The position numbers and the translations under genes are program-made. The notes below the pieces were generated by a model, which made no database searches, was not told where the DNA came from, and was given only the letters and a program-made list of their open reading frames with translations. From Bacteroidales bacterium (GTDB lineage: Bacteria; Bacteroidota; Bacteroidia; Bacteroidales; CAIWKO01), in contig DAOORA010000046.1 in assembly GCA_035389045.1 (NCBI GenBank), positions 1-35,590 of the forward strand: 35,590 nt of DNA. The letters run 5' to 3'. Below, one piece after another: positions 18,551-29,168 of this stretch; positions within the stretch are counted from its first letter, which is position 1; every line of letters begins with the position of its first letter.

Positions 18551-18850
18551 GGTCATTTTGATGTTAAAAAAAGTATAACCAAAGAAAGAGAATTTGAAAA
18601 AAGTCCATGAATGTAAAGTATATCAAAGCAAATACATACTAAAATTTTATATTTTGGCCAAGCCGATAGAAAAAATCCAACAGGGCAAAGGTAAAAACAA
18701 CTGAAAACGATCATGAGCTCCTTCGGTAGAAACTTTTATTTTTCAAATTGGTATTATTATTTTATTGACAGGCATCAAGGATTATAAGCGCCTCAAAAAA
18801 TGATATAACCATTTTACGATGAAACAGACTTATGTTTCCTTAAAAATGCT

Positions 18851-18858
18851 TATTTTTG
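18851..18858 (+). promoter_or_regulatory. Bacteroidota -7 promoter box (TATTTTTG)
   Basis: TAnnTTTG match 20 nt before ATG 18879, which supports that start. Confidence 0.6.
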
Positions 18859-18878
18859 CAAAAAAATCAAGGCTTACC

Positions 18879-20693
18879 ATGAAAAAGTCAGTATTAGTAA
18901 TTATTTGTGTATTTTGTTTTGGTTTCTTCTTTATCAATGAGTCAATGGCTCAATGTCCGGGCTGTGTGACTGGCCCTTGCACGGCAAGTCCTCCGAAGCC
19001 AACCATCTGCCCTGCTGTTCTGCCTGATGGTATTGCCATGCAGCCCTACGATGAGGATCTTTCCTTTTATCTGCCTCATAATTTTGATGATGCCAATTCA
19101 GGCTATAATGTCGATCTGAATCAGCTGGATATCTTGAGTGTGGTTGGTCTGCCTTTCGGGTTGAGTTTTCAGACCGATGCATCGCCTTCCAATATTTATT
19201 ATCCTACCAGTAATCCTCCTACTTCGGAGCACGGGTGCGGCAAGATATGCGGTACCCCGATCATGCCCGGAAATTATACGGTGACGGTGTTTGTTCTTGC
19301 CCATGTAAGTGTTGGAATTATAAATCAGACGGCCAATTCTTCGTTTGACATTCCTATCACGATACTACCCGGAGGTACTACGAACAATGGTTTTACCACT
19401 TCCAGCCCTTTCGGTTGTGCTCCGCATACCACGGGTTTTACCTGTAACAGACCCAGCAATGGCAATCCTCTTTTTACCTATAGCTGGGATTTTGGCAACG
19501 GTAACAATTCCCTGTCAGAAAATCCTCCATCCCAATTTTATGGCAATCCGGGTTATTATATAGTTACTTTACAGACTCAGATTGATACACTGCCTTATTA
19601 CCTGGAGAGTGTGACATTAAACTCGGCTTCGAGTTGTAACGATTCACCGTGGAGCGACCCGGATTATTATTTCAATCTGAAGCTGGGTTCCACTACGGTT
19701 TATTCTTCTGCAATCATTGACAATACTGCCGCGCCGGTAACTTTCTCCATGTCGCCTATTTCATTAAATAATTCTACCTACACCATTGAGATATGGGAGG
19801 ATGACACCGGATTATTAGGCGCTGACGACCATTGCGGCGATTTTACCATTCAGGGACATACTCCCGGCACCTTTTCCCTGACCAGTGGAGATGCTCACAT
19901 CACATACACCATCAGCCATCCTGTTCTGAATTTTACGGATGTGGATACGATAAAAGTATTTCAGGCCCCGATACTGGACAGTCTGACTTATTTGCCCAAT
20001 GACAGTTTGTGTGCGGGGGATTCGGTTTTGTTGTCGGTGACAGACGCGTTTGGCGGGCTTTATCAATGGTACAATGATACGAATGCCATTGTCAATGCGA
20101 CAGACTCTTCTTATTTTGCCAAGGTGAGCGGATATTATTGGGTGGAAGTTTCCAATTCAAACGGATGCCGCACCAATTCGAATGAAAAACAGATCACGTT
20201 CATTGATAATCCTTCCAAACCGGGCACCTGGATCATAGGAAATACATTGAATACTAATTCCACCGGTGTAGATCTGCAGTGGTATTATGAAGGATCGCCA
20301 ATACTATGGGCTACGAATGCGAGTTTTGATTTTGCGGTCAGTGGGAATTATTTTGTGATGGCCACGAATTTCTTTGGTTGTTCCACCTCATCAGATACCG
20401 TATATGTCACTTATAGTTCCGGAATTGCAGAAACCGATGTTTTAAACGGGGTGCAGTTGATTCCCAATCCAACTTCAGGCAAATTCATGGTTAACTTTGA
20501 AACCACTTCTCCGGAAGCCGTTCAGATCAACATTGCAGACCTTACGGGCCGAATTGTTTTTGAAAGCAAATTTCCTTCGCAAGGTCAGAGATTTTCACAG
20601 GAAATTGACCTGGGCAATGTGCAGAAAGGTATTTATTTGGTTGAGATCATTGCGGGCAAATCGCGGGGTAACAGCAGACTGATAAAGCAGTAA
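18879..20693 (+). CDS. T9SS type A sorting-domain protein with PKD and Ig-like domains
   Basis: Signal peptide (..SMAQ), Cys/Pro-rich N-terminus, PKD motif YSWDFGNG, YQWY..SGYYWVEV repeats, C-terminal LIPNPTSG...GIYLVEI. Confidence 0.85.
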   Translation: MKKSVLVIICVFCFGFFFINESMAQCPGCVTGPCTASPPKPTICPAVLPDGIAMQPYDEDLSFYLPHNFDDANSGYNVDLNQLDILSVVGLPFGLSFQTDASPSNIYYPTSNPPTSEHGCGKICGTPIMPGNYTVTVFVLAHVSVGIINQTANSSFDIPITILPGGTTNNGFTTSSPFGCAPHTTGFTCNRPSNGNPLFTYSWDFGNGNNSLSENPPSQFYGNPGYYIVTLQTQIDTLPYYLESVTLNSASSCNDSPWSDPDYYFNLKLGSTTVYSSAIIDNTAAPVTFSMSPISLNNSTYTIEIWEDDTGLLGADDHCGDFTIQGHTPGTFSLTSGDAHITYTISHPVLNFTDVDTIKVFQAPILDSLTYLPNDSLCAGDSVLLSVTDAFGGLYQWYNDTNAIVNATDSSYFAKVSGYYWVEVSNSNGCRTNSNEKQITFIDNPSKPGTWIIGNTLNTNSTGVDLQWYYEGSPILWATNASFDFAVSGNYFVMATNFFGCSTSSDTVYVTYSSGIAETDVLNGVQLIPNPTSGKFMVNFETTSPEAVQINIADLTGRIVFESKFPSQGQRFSQEIDLGNVQKGIYLVEIIAGKSRGNSRLIKQ

Positions 20694-20715
20694 CAGTACT
20701 GATTTGTGATTAAAA

Positions 20716-20869
20716 AGAGGCTGTCTCAAAAATCCTTTGTGCGCCTTTATGCCAGCCTTTTTGCTATTTCGTGGTAAATATAAGTAATTGAACCACAAAG
20801 GAACACAAAGTACACACGAAGGTTCACAAAGGTTAATACTCCTGAATTTTGACTTTTGAGACAGCCACT
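20716..20869. mobile_element. ~150-bp MITE-like element between convergent genes
   Basis: Perfect 13-bp inverted repeats ggctgtctcaaaa (20719-20731) / ttttgagacagcc (20854-20866), with a nested imperfect palindrome of ctttgtg/cacaaag units. Confidence 0.7.
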
Positions 20870-20872
20870 TTT

Positions 20873-23800
20873 TTATTTCAGAAAGTCCATTGACTTTGCG
20901 GCATTCATCAGTACATACATCTCTGCCGCTTCAGCAAAACTGTATTCTTTGAGGTCGTGGTTGAGAAATCTGACATGAATCATCTCAAACCCCGGTTCGA
21001 GAAAATAAGCCTTCACATTATCATCTTCAAAAACATATTTTTCATTTTCCAGGGTAAGCGTCTTGATTTCTTCATTTGTTTTTTTGATCAGCACTGTCTT
21101 GCCGGAGCTTACATTCAGATAAAAACCGGAACCGGATTCTTTAAACTTAGAAATATTGATAAAAAACCTTGGTTTATCGGCAAAAGGCCTGCCCGAAGTA
21201 GGGCAAAATGTGGTGCAGTTGCCGCATTCGTTGCAAAGATCTGCTATATTCAGTACCTGATCGTGCTGACGTATGTTCAGTTCGCCATCGTCTTCAAAAA
21301 CGATCTCTTTGCTGGTAGTTAGTACCGCTTTTTGAAGCAGGAGTTTTTGGGCTTCGATCCGGTATGAATAGTTGGCTCTGTTCGGACAAACGGTAACACA
21401 AATATTGCACAGTTCATCGCAGTTGAGGCATCTGCCCGCTTCCGTTGCTGCTTCAGGTTCGGTTAAAACCACGGTGCTTAGTTCCGTGAGCGACAGGGGC
21501 ATACCTCTGGTGGTTTTAAAGTCTGCCTTGCGGTACTGCCTCAGCGAACGCCGGGTCATAAGATCGGCAAAATCATGACGTTGGGTAGTTTCAGTGTCGG
21601 AGACCTGATCTTCATGAAACCGGCTGAGTATCTCTGCGGCGGCTTTGCGTCCGTCGGCCACGGCTTTGATAACGGTGGCTGCTCCGCGCATGGCATCTCC
21701 GCCGATGTATATGTTGGGGAATTGGGTTTTATAGCTGTTTTCGGCCGGATGTCTGACGGGTTCCTCAAGAAAATCCATGACAATATCCTGTCCTAATGCG
21801 GGTATAATGGTATCAAAACTCATTTGAAATTCAGAACCTTCAATTTTGACAGGGGTGGCCCTTCCAGATGCGTCGGGCAGGCCGGGTTTCATTTTTGAAC
21901 ACACCAGACCTGTGAGTTTATCATTTTCAGCAATGATTTTTTCGGGAAGCACATGTTCGATTATTTCAATGTTTTCTTCCAGGGCTGCTTTGATTTCTTC
22001 CGCATCGGCAGGCATATCCTGAAGCGTGCGCCGGTAGAGAATGCTGATTTTACCTTTGGTACCTGCGACTCTTTTTGCGGTACGTGCCACGTCGATGGCC
22101 GTATTTCCGCCGCCTACCACCGCGACTTTATTGCCTGAAATAAGACTGATGCCTTTTTTTATCGCTGATAAGAATTCAAGCGGATCCACAAAACCCTGTA
22201 TGCCTGATCCCCCGATATTGAATGGTTTGGCTTTTTGTGCACCGACAGCAATAAAGATATAATCATTCTGTTTTCGCAATGTTTCAAATGCCGCTTTATC
22301 GATTTTAGATCCGTAAATTATTTTTACCCCCGCTGATTTTATTCTTTCAATATCGCTCCTGATGGCTTCCTCCGATAATCTGAACTGTGGGATGGCATCG
22401 CTCACCATGCCTCCGGCAAATGCTTTGGTTTCGTATATGGTTACCTCAAAACCGCTCAGAGCAAGGTAAAAACCGCATGACAGCCCGGAAGGGCCTGCAC
22501 CAATAATAGCGGTCTTACCTTTATTATTTTTACCTGATGGCAATGTTATCTCTGATTTTTGCTCCATGATGAATCGTTTTATCTCTCTGATCATCAATGG
22601 GTCATCATAATTGATGCGTGTGCATTTGCTCTCACATTCATGGTCGCAGACCATGCCACACACCGTCGGCAGCGGATTGGTCTTTAGAATGGTGTTCAGG
22701 GCCTGGTCGTATTTTTTTCCGCCAGCAAAAAATATATAATCAGGGATGCCCTGGTTGGTAGGGCAGGTATTGACACAGGGAGCGCTGATACAATCGAAGT
22801 ACGAAAGTTTTTTCCCGCTTTTTATATTGGGGTCGCCGAACATATCCTTACTGTAGCGGGTATCCTTCAATACTTCGTCTGCGTATGTATCCAGTTTGCC
22901 GGTGTCGCCGTTATTTCTGATGTGGCTGATGTAATCCCGGAGGTTTTTAATTTGATTAGCTTCTGCGAATGATGAGAGATTCACCGCATATTGTTTCAGC
23001 CTGCCGTATCCTCCGGGCTTCAGAAGGTCGGAAGATACGGTGACAGGAGAGATGCCGCATTCAATTATTTTACTGATGTTGAAACAATCGGCTCCCCCTG
23101 AAAATGAAATGTTCAGTTGTCCGTTAAAATCATGCTGAAGTTTACGTGCAATATTTATTGAAAGCGGATGCAGCGCTTTGCCGCTCATATACATCATTTT
23201 TTCTCCGGCACTGAATATCTGGCGGTTATTAATGCTTTCCAGGGTATTGGTGAGTTTTATGCCAAAGAACACATGGTTTTTTTGTGCTGTTTCTCGAAGC
23301 GATTTGATGATCGAAACTGCGTTTTCATATTTCAGGTCGTGTTCAAAAGCCTGATCAGGGACTGTTGTCCGGTGATGATGAATGTCGTTTAAAATGCGGC
23401 GAAGTTCATCTGGGCCAAGCAATGTCGGATTAAGTTTGATAAATGTATTCAGTTTTTTTTCTTCAATCAGGTACTTTCCGATCTTTTCAATCTCTTCGGG
23501 AGGGCAGCCATGCATGGTGGACAAGGTAATATTGTCGGAAATCAATGAAGGAATATTGATGCTCTTGATTGCCGGATACAGGTTTTCCAGTTCGGCGACC
23601 ATAGCTTCTTTTTCCACAGTGCAATTGTTCATTTTATTCAGAAACCATTGTACGTTGTCGTTGCAGATTCCATCAAAATTATATCCCACACTCATATTGA
23701 AAACCGTTTCAGGATGATTTCCGTGTCCAAGCTTTTGTGCGAGCAGATGTATGAATATCCAGGCTTTGAGATATTCTCTGAAAGATTCTTCAATTTTTAA

Positions 23801-24139
23801 TTCCTGCGACCATTCGCAATTATATCCTTCGTCCTGCATATCGATACAGGGTTTTGAGATTTTGAGTTCGTCGAGTGTCTGAACCGTCTTCAGTTCAATA
23901 TATCTGGCACCGCAAAGCCAGGCAGCAATGATATTTTGTGCCAGTTGGGAGTGTGGCCCTGCAGCTACACCAAAAGGTGTTGCAAGCGTATGACCGAAAA
24001 TTTCTGTTTTTAAAGCTGTGTGATGATTCGAATTAAAGAATAACTGCACAGGGATGCCGAGTACAGATTGTTCTGAAGTGTCAGCAAAGATAAGTTTAAA
24101 TAGTTGTCTGATGTTAAGCGGGGCAAATTTGTCACTCAT
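20873..24139 (-). CDS. ygfK: YgfK (putative selenate reductase subunit / UacF) Fe-S flavoprotein oxidoreductase
   Basis: GVAAGPHSQLAQNI...IELKTVQ, EGYNCEWSQEL, STMHGCPPEEIE, GltD-like GAGPSG and GGGNTAIDVAR, ferredoxin motifs CNICVTVCP and CNECGNCTTFCP. Confidence 0.92.
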   Translation of the reverse strand: MSDKFAPLNIRQLFKLIFADTSEQSVLGIPVQLFFNSNHHTALKTEIFGHTLATPFGVAAGPHSQLAQNIIAAWLCGARYIELKTVQTLDELKISKPCIDMQDEGYNCEWSQELKIEESFREYLKAWIFIHLLAQKLGHGNHPETVFNMSVGYNFDGICNDNVQWFLNKMNNCTVEKEAMVAELENLYPAIKSINIPSLISDNITLSTMHGCPPEEIEKIGKYLIEEKKLNTFIKLNPTLLGPDELRRILNDIHHHRTTVPDQAFEHDLKYENAVSIIKSLRETAQKNHVFFGIKLTNTLESINNRQIFSAGEKMMYMSGKALHPLSINIARKLQHDFNGQLNISFSGGADCFNISKIIECGISPVTVSSDLLKPGGYGRLKQYAVNLSSFAEANQIKNLRDYISHIRNNGDTGKLDTYADEVLKDTRYSKDMFGDPNIKSGKKLSYFDCISAPCVNTCPTNQGIPDYIFFAGGKKYDQALNTILKTNPLPTVCGMVCDHECESKCTRINYDDPLMIREIKRFIMEQKSEITLPSGKNNKGKTAIIGAGPSGLSCGFYLALSGFEVTIYETKAFAGGMVSDAIPQFRLSEEAIRSDIERIKSAGVKIIYGSKIDKAAFETLRKQNDYIFIAVGAQKAKPFNIGGSGIQGFVDPLEFLSAIKKGISLISGNKVAVVGGGNTAIDVARTAKRVAGTKGKISILYRRTLQDMPADAEEIKAALEENIEIIEHVLPEKIIAENDKLTGLVCSKMKPGLPDASGRATPVKIEGSEFQMSFDTIIPALGQDIVMDFLEEPVRHPAENSYKTQFPNIYIGGDAMRGAATVIKAVADGRKAAAEILSRFHEDQVSDTETTQRHDFADLMTRRSLRQYRKADFKTTRGMPLSLTELSTVVLTEPEAATEAGRCLNCDELCNICVTVCPNRANYSYRIEAQKLLLQKAVLTTSKEIVFEDDGELNIRQHDQVLNIADLCNECGNCTTFCPTSGRPFADKPRFFINISKFKESGSGFYLNVSSGKTVLIKKTNEEIKTLTLENEKYVFEDDNVKAYFLEPGFEMIHVRFLNHDLKEYSFAEAAEMYVLMNAAKSMDFLK

Positions 24140-24160
24140 AATTATTATTTTTGGGTACGG

Positions 24161-24168
24161 CAAAAATA
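24161..24168 (-). promoter_or_regulatory. Bacteroidota -7 promoter box (TATTTTTG) for ygfK
   Basis: TAnnTTTG match 21 nt upstream of ATG 24139. Confidence 0.55.
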
Positions 24169-24211
24169 ATTATAATTGTTAAAAAAAACTGACTATTTAT
24201 GCTCTGCAGCT

Positions 24212-24850
24212 ATGATAAAACCGAGGAAAATACATGATTTACCGTGGGCTGCAGTGATACTTTCTGCCGGCAAATCTGCCAGGATGAATGATCATAAAGC
24301 ACTGCTGCGCTACGATTCCGGACATAATTTTATCGGGAAAATTGTCACTGAATATGCACAGGCAGGTTGTAATCACATAATTGTGGTGGCAAACGAAAGT
24401 AATATCGGGTTGTTGTCCCGGCAGTTTAACTATATTGATGCCATTAAGCCGGATTTTATATTAAATGAACACCTTGAATACGAACGATTTTATTCAATCA
24501 AACTGGGTGTCGCAGCATGTATGGAATATTCAAAGTGTTTTATACAGCCTTGTGATAATCCATTTATCACACATGACCTGCTTAAAAAAATGCTTCAGTG
24601 TTCCTCCGACGAATGTTTTATTGCTCCTATCTATAAAGGAAAGAAAGGTCATCCCGTGCTTCTGGGAACTCATATCATGAAAGAACTATGTGAGGTAAAA
24701 GAAAATGATCTTAACTTTAAGGAATTTCTCAGGAGATTTAAATGTCTTGAATTGGATACAGATAACCGGAATATTCTGGTTAACATAAATGATACAGAGG
24801 ATTATCAACGATTCTTCAGCAGCGATGATGAAAATATCAGGAACCAATAG
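24212..24850 (+). CDS. mocA: MocA/YgfJ-like nucleotidyltransferase (molybdenum cofactor cytidylyltransferase family)
   Basis: AVILSAGKSARM..HKALL, PCDNPFI, GKKGHPVLL, NINDTEDY. Confidence 0.75.
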   Translation: MIKPRKIHDLPWAAVILSAGKSARMNDHKALLRYDSGHNFIGKIVTEYAQAGCNHIIVVANESNIGLLSRQFNYIDAIKPDFILNEHLEYERFYSIKLGVAACMEYSKCFIQPCDNPFITHDLLKKMLQCSSDECFIAPIYKGKKGHPVLLGTHIMKELCEVKENDLNFKEFLRRFKCLELDTDNRNILVNINDTEDYQRFFSSDDENIRNQ

Positions 24851-27098
24851 GGTGAAATTTCTGGCGGTCATAAGTATTCTGGCTGTAACGGTTCTTTTAT
24901 ATTTGCGTGTCTCCGGTTTTGGCTTTATCAGTGTATGGGATGATAATCTGAATGTTACTGAAAACAAGTATATCAGGGATTTCACTTTTGAGGGCATAAA
25001 AACACTTTTTTCAACTGATACCCGTATTGACGAACCGCGCCTTACACTTTTTACATACGCTATTGATTATAAACTTTGGGGTGCTGATCCTGCAATGTAC
25101 CATCTCGGGAATTTATTCCTTCATCTGATCAATATTATTCTGGTTTTTTTCCTTGCTTACCGGCTTATGCCCAAAACAATTCCCTGCTCGATGGTGGCTC
25201 TTTTGTTTGCCCTGCATCCTTTTCGTGTGGAATCGGTAGCATGGGTGAGCGGGCGTAAAGACCTGCTTTACAGCCTGTTTTTTTTGCTGGCGCTGATTTT
25301 ATACCTGAGATATTTGAAAAAACAGAAGGTGCTCTTATTTATTCTTGTTCTAATACTAGGGTATTTGTCCTTTTTAGCCAAGATACAAGCGGTAACACTA
25401 CCTCTTATACTGCTTTTGCTTGATTTTTATTCAGGAAAGAAGATTACTGTATACGCCTGGTTCGAAAAGGTCCTTGCCGGTGGTGTGTTGTTTTTTAATT
25501 ATTTGGAATATAGCTATTTAATACTATTAGTGCTGTTTTATATCTTTATAAAAAGCTATGGACATATTTCCGGTTTCGTTAAAAATAGATTGCGTTTTAT
25601 TTCAGTTATGGATTCGAGGTTTACGGGCTTTGCAATCCGGACAATTTTCAGAACATTGTTTACTTTTATCCCTTTCTGGATTTTGACCCGCATTACGGCC
25701 GTTTTTTACCCTGCTGAGGAGCAGTATTATCTGGTACTGGCTTTATTGTTTTTGTTCAGCTGCTGGTTTACTTTTGAAATTGAAATCAACCGGAATCGAT
25801 TACAAGGTAAATTGTCTTTGTTTTTTAGCAGACATCATAGCTGGATGATTCCTGTGACAGGGGTTTTATTGATTTTTTTGGTATTTTTTATTTTCGTGAA
25901 ACCCGGCCTGTACTTGTGGAATAATGAATTTTCAGGGCAGTTTTCTTTTTTTGACCAGTTGATGATGGCCGGTTATGCTTTCTTTTTATATTTTTCAAAT
26001 GCTTTTTTTCCGGTTTATTTTTCTTCACTGAGGCCATATCCTGATTTTACGGCAGACTTTTTACCCGTTTCATATTATATGTTGAGTGTTTTGTCCGTTT
26101 TATTAATAATTAATCTGATCATTATCATTAAGCGGATTAAAAACCTTAGAAAGGAATTAATTTTTGCTATGTTCTTCTTTTTTATAAATATTTTTTTGGT
26201 AATACATATTATTCCTATCGAAGGCAAAGTGATCATAGCCGAACGATACACATACCTTGCCTATTTCGGTTTGTTTTTTATGGCGGGTGTTGTGTACCAG
26301 AAACTTTTTGAATCTGGCAAAAGGAGAACAATTCTCCATATTACGACAATTCTTGTTCTTATTTTGTTCTTTATGTTAAGCTGGTTCAGGCTCCCGGTGT
26401 GGAAGGATGAACTGAGTCTTTTGAACGATCAGGTGGCCAAAACACCGGATTATCCTGTTGTTTACCTTAACCGTTCTGCCTTCTTTATCAGCAGAAATAA
26501 CTACCGGACAGCCATTGATGATCTTGATGAGGCGATCAGGTTGAACCCCCGGTATTACCAGGCCTATTATAACCGTGCGCTTGCGTATTCTTATACAGGC
26601 CGTTTTGATAAAGCTGAAAAGGATTGTTCACAGGCTTTGCTGATCGCTTCTGATTTTGCAAATGCTTATTATCTGAGGGGGTATTCTTATAATAAGTTGC
26701 AAAAATATTACCGGGCCATCGCTGATTATAACCGTGCAATAGAATTAAACCCGGATATGTATCTTGCATATTATAACAGGGGGAACTCTAAAAAAAACAT
26801 TTCGGATTACTGCGGCGCTCTCCATGATTACAGCCGGGCACTGGAGTTAAAACCGGATTTTTCGCAGGCCTATAATGCCAGGGGGGGTGCTGAATTTCTG
26901 ATTAAAGACTTCAGTAGTTCGATAAAAGATTATTCAAAAGCATTACTTTGGGATCCCGAAAACAGTACTATATATTTTAACCGGGGTTTGAGTTATAAAA
27001 GCGCCGGTGATATGGTTCATGCCTGTGAAGATTGGCAAAAAGCTTCAGGAATGGGCAATAAGGAAGCCGGAGAATTATTTTATGAAAATTGCAGGTAA
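24825..27098 (+). CDS. TMTC-like (GT-C-type) membrane protein with TPR repeats, paralog of 196..2136
   Basis: VWDD loop, FALHPFRVESVAWVSGRKDLLY, AERYTY, tandem TPRs (AYYNRA, AYYLRG, AYYNRG), terminal ACEDWQKA; overlaps the mocA end. Confidence 0.82.
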   Translation: MMKISGTNRVKFLAVISILAVTVLLYLRVSGFGFISVWDDNLNVTENKYIRDFTFEGIKTLFSTDTRIDEPRLTLFTYAIDYKLWGADPAMYHLGNLFLHLINIILVFFLAYRLMPKTIPCSMVALLFALHPFRVESVAWVSGRKDLLYSLFFLLALILYLRYLKKQKVLLFILVLILGYLSFLAKIQAVTLPLILLLLDFYSGKKITVYAWFEKVLAGGVLFFNYLEYSYLILLVLFYIFIKSYGHISGFVKNRLRFISVMDSRFTGFAIRTIFRTLFTFIPFWILTRITAVFYPAEEQYYLVLALLFLFSCWFTFEIEINRNRLQGKLSLFFSRHHSWMIPVTGVLLIFLVFFIFVKPGLYLWNNEFSGQFSFFDQLMMAGYAFFLYFSNAFFPVYFSSLRPYPDFTADFLPVSYYMLSVLSVLLIINLIIIIKRIKNLRKELIFAMFFFFINIFLVIHIIPIEGKVIIAERYTYLAYFGLFFMAGVVYQKLFESGKRRTILHITTILVLILFFMLSWFRLPVWKDELSLLNDQVAKTPDYPVVYLNRSAFFISRNNYRTAIDDLDEAIRLNPRYYQAYYNRALAYSYTGRFDKAEKDCSQALLIASDFANAYYLRGYSYNKLQKYYRAIADYNRAIELNPDMYLAYYNRGNSKKNISDYCGALHDYSRALELKPDFSQAYNARGGAEFLIKDFSSSIKDYSKALLWDPENSTIYFNRGLSYKSAGDMVHACEDWQKASGMGNKEAGELFYENCR

Positions 27099-27247
27099 TA
27101 ATAAAGTTTTCTATCTTTGTAAAAAAATTGTATAAATCTTTTTTTAATTTAGAAAAAAATAAGATTTTGATAAAAAAGTTTAAAAAACATTCTTTTTGAC
27201 TTGCAACCGAAGAAAATATTTTATATATTTATCGAAAAATTTTTGCT

Positions 27248-28096
27248 ATGGACACACAAAATAAACCTACTATTTTATTTCCATATGATTTCTCACCTGA
27301 ATCTGATTTTGCGATAGAATACCTGGTGGGCTTATCGAAGACTTTCAATTTTTCAGTTGAAATATTGAATATTTATGATGTTGGCACAAAAAAATTCATG
27401 CAGGAAAACAATCTGGATAAAAGCGCCCTGGAGGACAGGATACGCCAGATGTCAGTTGATTTGCAGGAAAAACATGGGATCATGTCAACCTACCTGATCA
27501 AAAATACCGCTGTTAAAAACATACGGAAAATTTCGCTGAAAGAACATGTTACTTTTACATTGCTTGGTATATCCAAACCGTATAAGCCCTCAAACCGCAT
27601 AATAAAGGTTATTACCACTTCACCGGTACCTGTTTTTGTTGTTCAGAAGGGGGTTCCGTACAAGCCGTTTAAAAACATTGTTTTTCCGCTGGACGATTCT
27701 CCGGCGAGCAGGCAAAAAGCCGCATGGGCGCTGAAGTTTGCCAGTACGTTTGAAGATGTGCTCATACATATTTATACCATTAGTCCGGCAGCCCTGAAAA
27801 GCAAAGAAAGGGAATTCAAACAGTATAAAGTCATAGAATCCTGTGAGCATTTCTTTGCCCGCAACGGCGTCAAATTCGTTACGGAAACATCACAGGGCAG
27901 CTATAAGGATTATCCGATGGAAATAAAAAAATATGCTGAAAGCATTAATGCGGATATGTTTATTATCATGATAAGACCGAAGAAAATGTTTTCTAACGTT
28001 GACCCTGTGGATATTCAGTTGATTTTTAACCAGCAAAAACTGCCTCTGCTCTGCGTTAACCAGCGCGATTTAAATGTTGGCGGAGGCTTTAATTAA
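27248..28096 (+). CDS. Universal stress protein (two Usp domains)
   Basis: TILFPYDFS, SPVPVFVV, KNIVFPLD, ADMFIIM, KLPLLCVN. Confidence 0.82.
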   Translation: MDTQNKPTILFPYDFSPESDFAIEYLVGLSKTFNFSVEILNIYDVGTKKFMQENNLDKSALEDRIRQMSVDLQEKHGIMSTYLIKNTAVKNIRKISLKEHVTFTLLGISKPYKPSNRIIKVITTSPVPVFVVQKGVPYKPFKNIVFPLDDSPASRQKAAWALKFASTFEDVLIHIYTISPAALKSKEREFKQYKVIESCEHFFARNGVKFVTETSQGSYKDYPMEIKKYAESINADMFIIMIRPKKMFSNVDPVDIQLIFNQQKLPLLCVNQRDLNVGGGFN

Positions 28097-28181
28097 AAAT
28101 AGCTACATATTTTGTTTCTTGATTTTCAGTCTTATGCATTTGAAAAAGAATGTTAAGTGTTGGCTGTATAATTTTAAATTG

Positions 28182-28189
28182 TAGCTTTG
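28182..28189 (+). promoter_or_regulatory. Bacteroidota -7 promoter box (TAGCTTTG)
   Basis: TAnnTTTG match 24 nt before ATG 28214. Confidence 0.6.
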
Positions 28190-28213
28190 CCAGTAAATTA
28201 TAAATCCACATCT

Positions 28214-29161
28214 ATGAATAAGTTAGCAGTAGTTGCTTTTGGAGGCAACGCCCTGCTCCGGGGAGAGCAAAAAGGTACTATTCACGAACAGGAACATAAT
28301 GCGCGGGAAACCTGTAAGAACCTGCTTGAACTTGTGAAAAATGATTATAATATTGTGATCACACATGGCAATGGGCCGCAGGTTGGAAATATCCTTCTTC
28401 AGAACATAGCGGGTTCCCGCCTGTTTGGTATTCCCGAAATGCCACTTGATATTTGCGGGGCCTATTCCCAGGGTTTTATCGGTTATATTATTGAACAGCA
28501 ATTCCGCAACCTTCTTGAGGAACACAATCTTGTCAAGGATGTGATCACCATTATCACACAGGTTTTGGTTGATAAGGATGATCCGGCATTTAAGAATCCC
28601 ACCAAACCCGTAGGGCCATTTTATTCAAAGGCGGAAGCCGATGCTATGGCAGCCGAAGGTAATTCTGTATTTGCCGAGGACCCCCGTGGGAGGGGATGGC
28701 GTAAAGTAGTGGCTTCTCCTGTCCCTTTGCAGATAGGCAACAGAAATACTATTGAGAACATAGCCCGTAACGGACAAATTGTTATTGCGGTTGGTGGGGG
28801 CGGGATTCCGGTATATTATAAACATCCGAATTTTCTGGAAGGCATAGATGCCGTGATTGACAAAGACCTTGCCTCTTCCTTGCTGGCCTTGCAGATCCAT
28901 GCCGATGAATTTTATATTCTTACCGATGTCCCTAAGGTCTGCATTAATTTCAATAAGCCTGATCAGAAAAAGCTTGATGTTATCAGCGTGGAAGAAGCTA
29001 AAAGGTATCTTGCCGAAGGTCATTTTACCGAAGGCAGCATGGCGCCTAAAATCCGGGCGGCAATAAATTTTACAGAGAACGGTAAGGGCGAAGCTATCAT
29101 TACAGAGTCGTCCAAACTCTCGGACAAAAACTGCGGTACCAAGATTGTCAAATCAAAATAA
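28214..29161 (+). CDS. arcC: Carbamate kinase
   Basis: AFGGNAL, THGNGPQVG, NPTKPVGPFY, GWRKVVASP, GGGGIPV, AVIDKD, GSMAPK. Confidence 0.95.
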   Translation: MNKLAVVAFGGNALLRGEQKGTIHEQEHNARETCKNLLELVKNDYNIVITHGNGPQVGNILLQNIAGSRLFGIPEMPLDICGAYSQGFIGYIIEQQFRNLLEEHNLVKDVITIITQVLVDKDDPAFKNPTKPVGPFYSKAEADAMAAEGNSVFAEDPRGRGWRKVVASPVPLQIGNRNTIENIARNGQIVIAVGGGGIPVYYKHPNFLEGIDAVIDKDLASSLLALQIHADEFYILTDVPKVCINFNKPDQKKLDVISVEEAKRYLAEGHFTEGSMAPKIRAAINFTENGKGEAIITESSKLSDKNCGTKIVKSK

Positions 29162-29168
29162 CAGAAAC

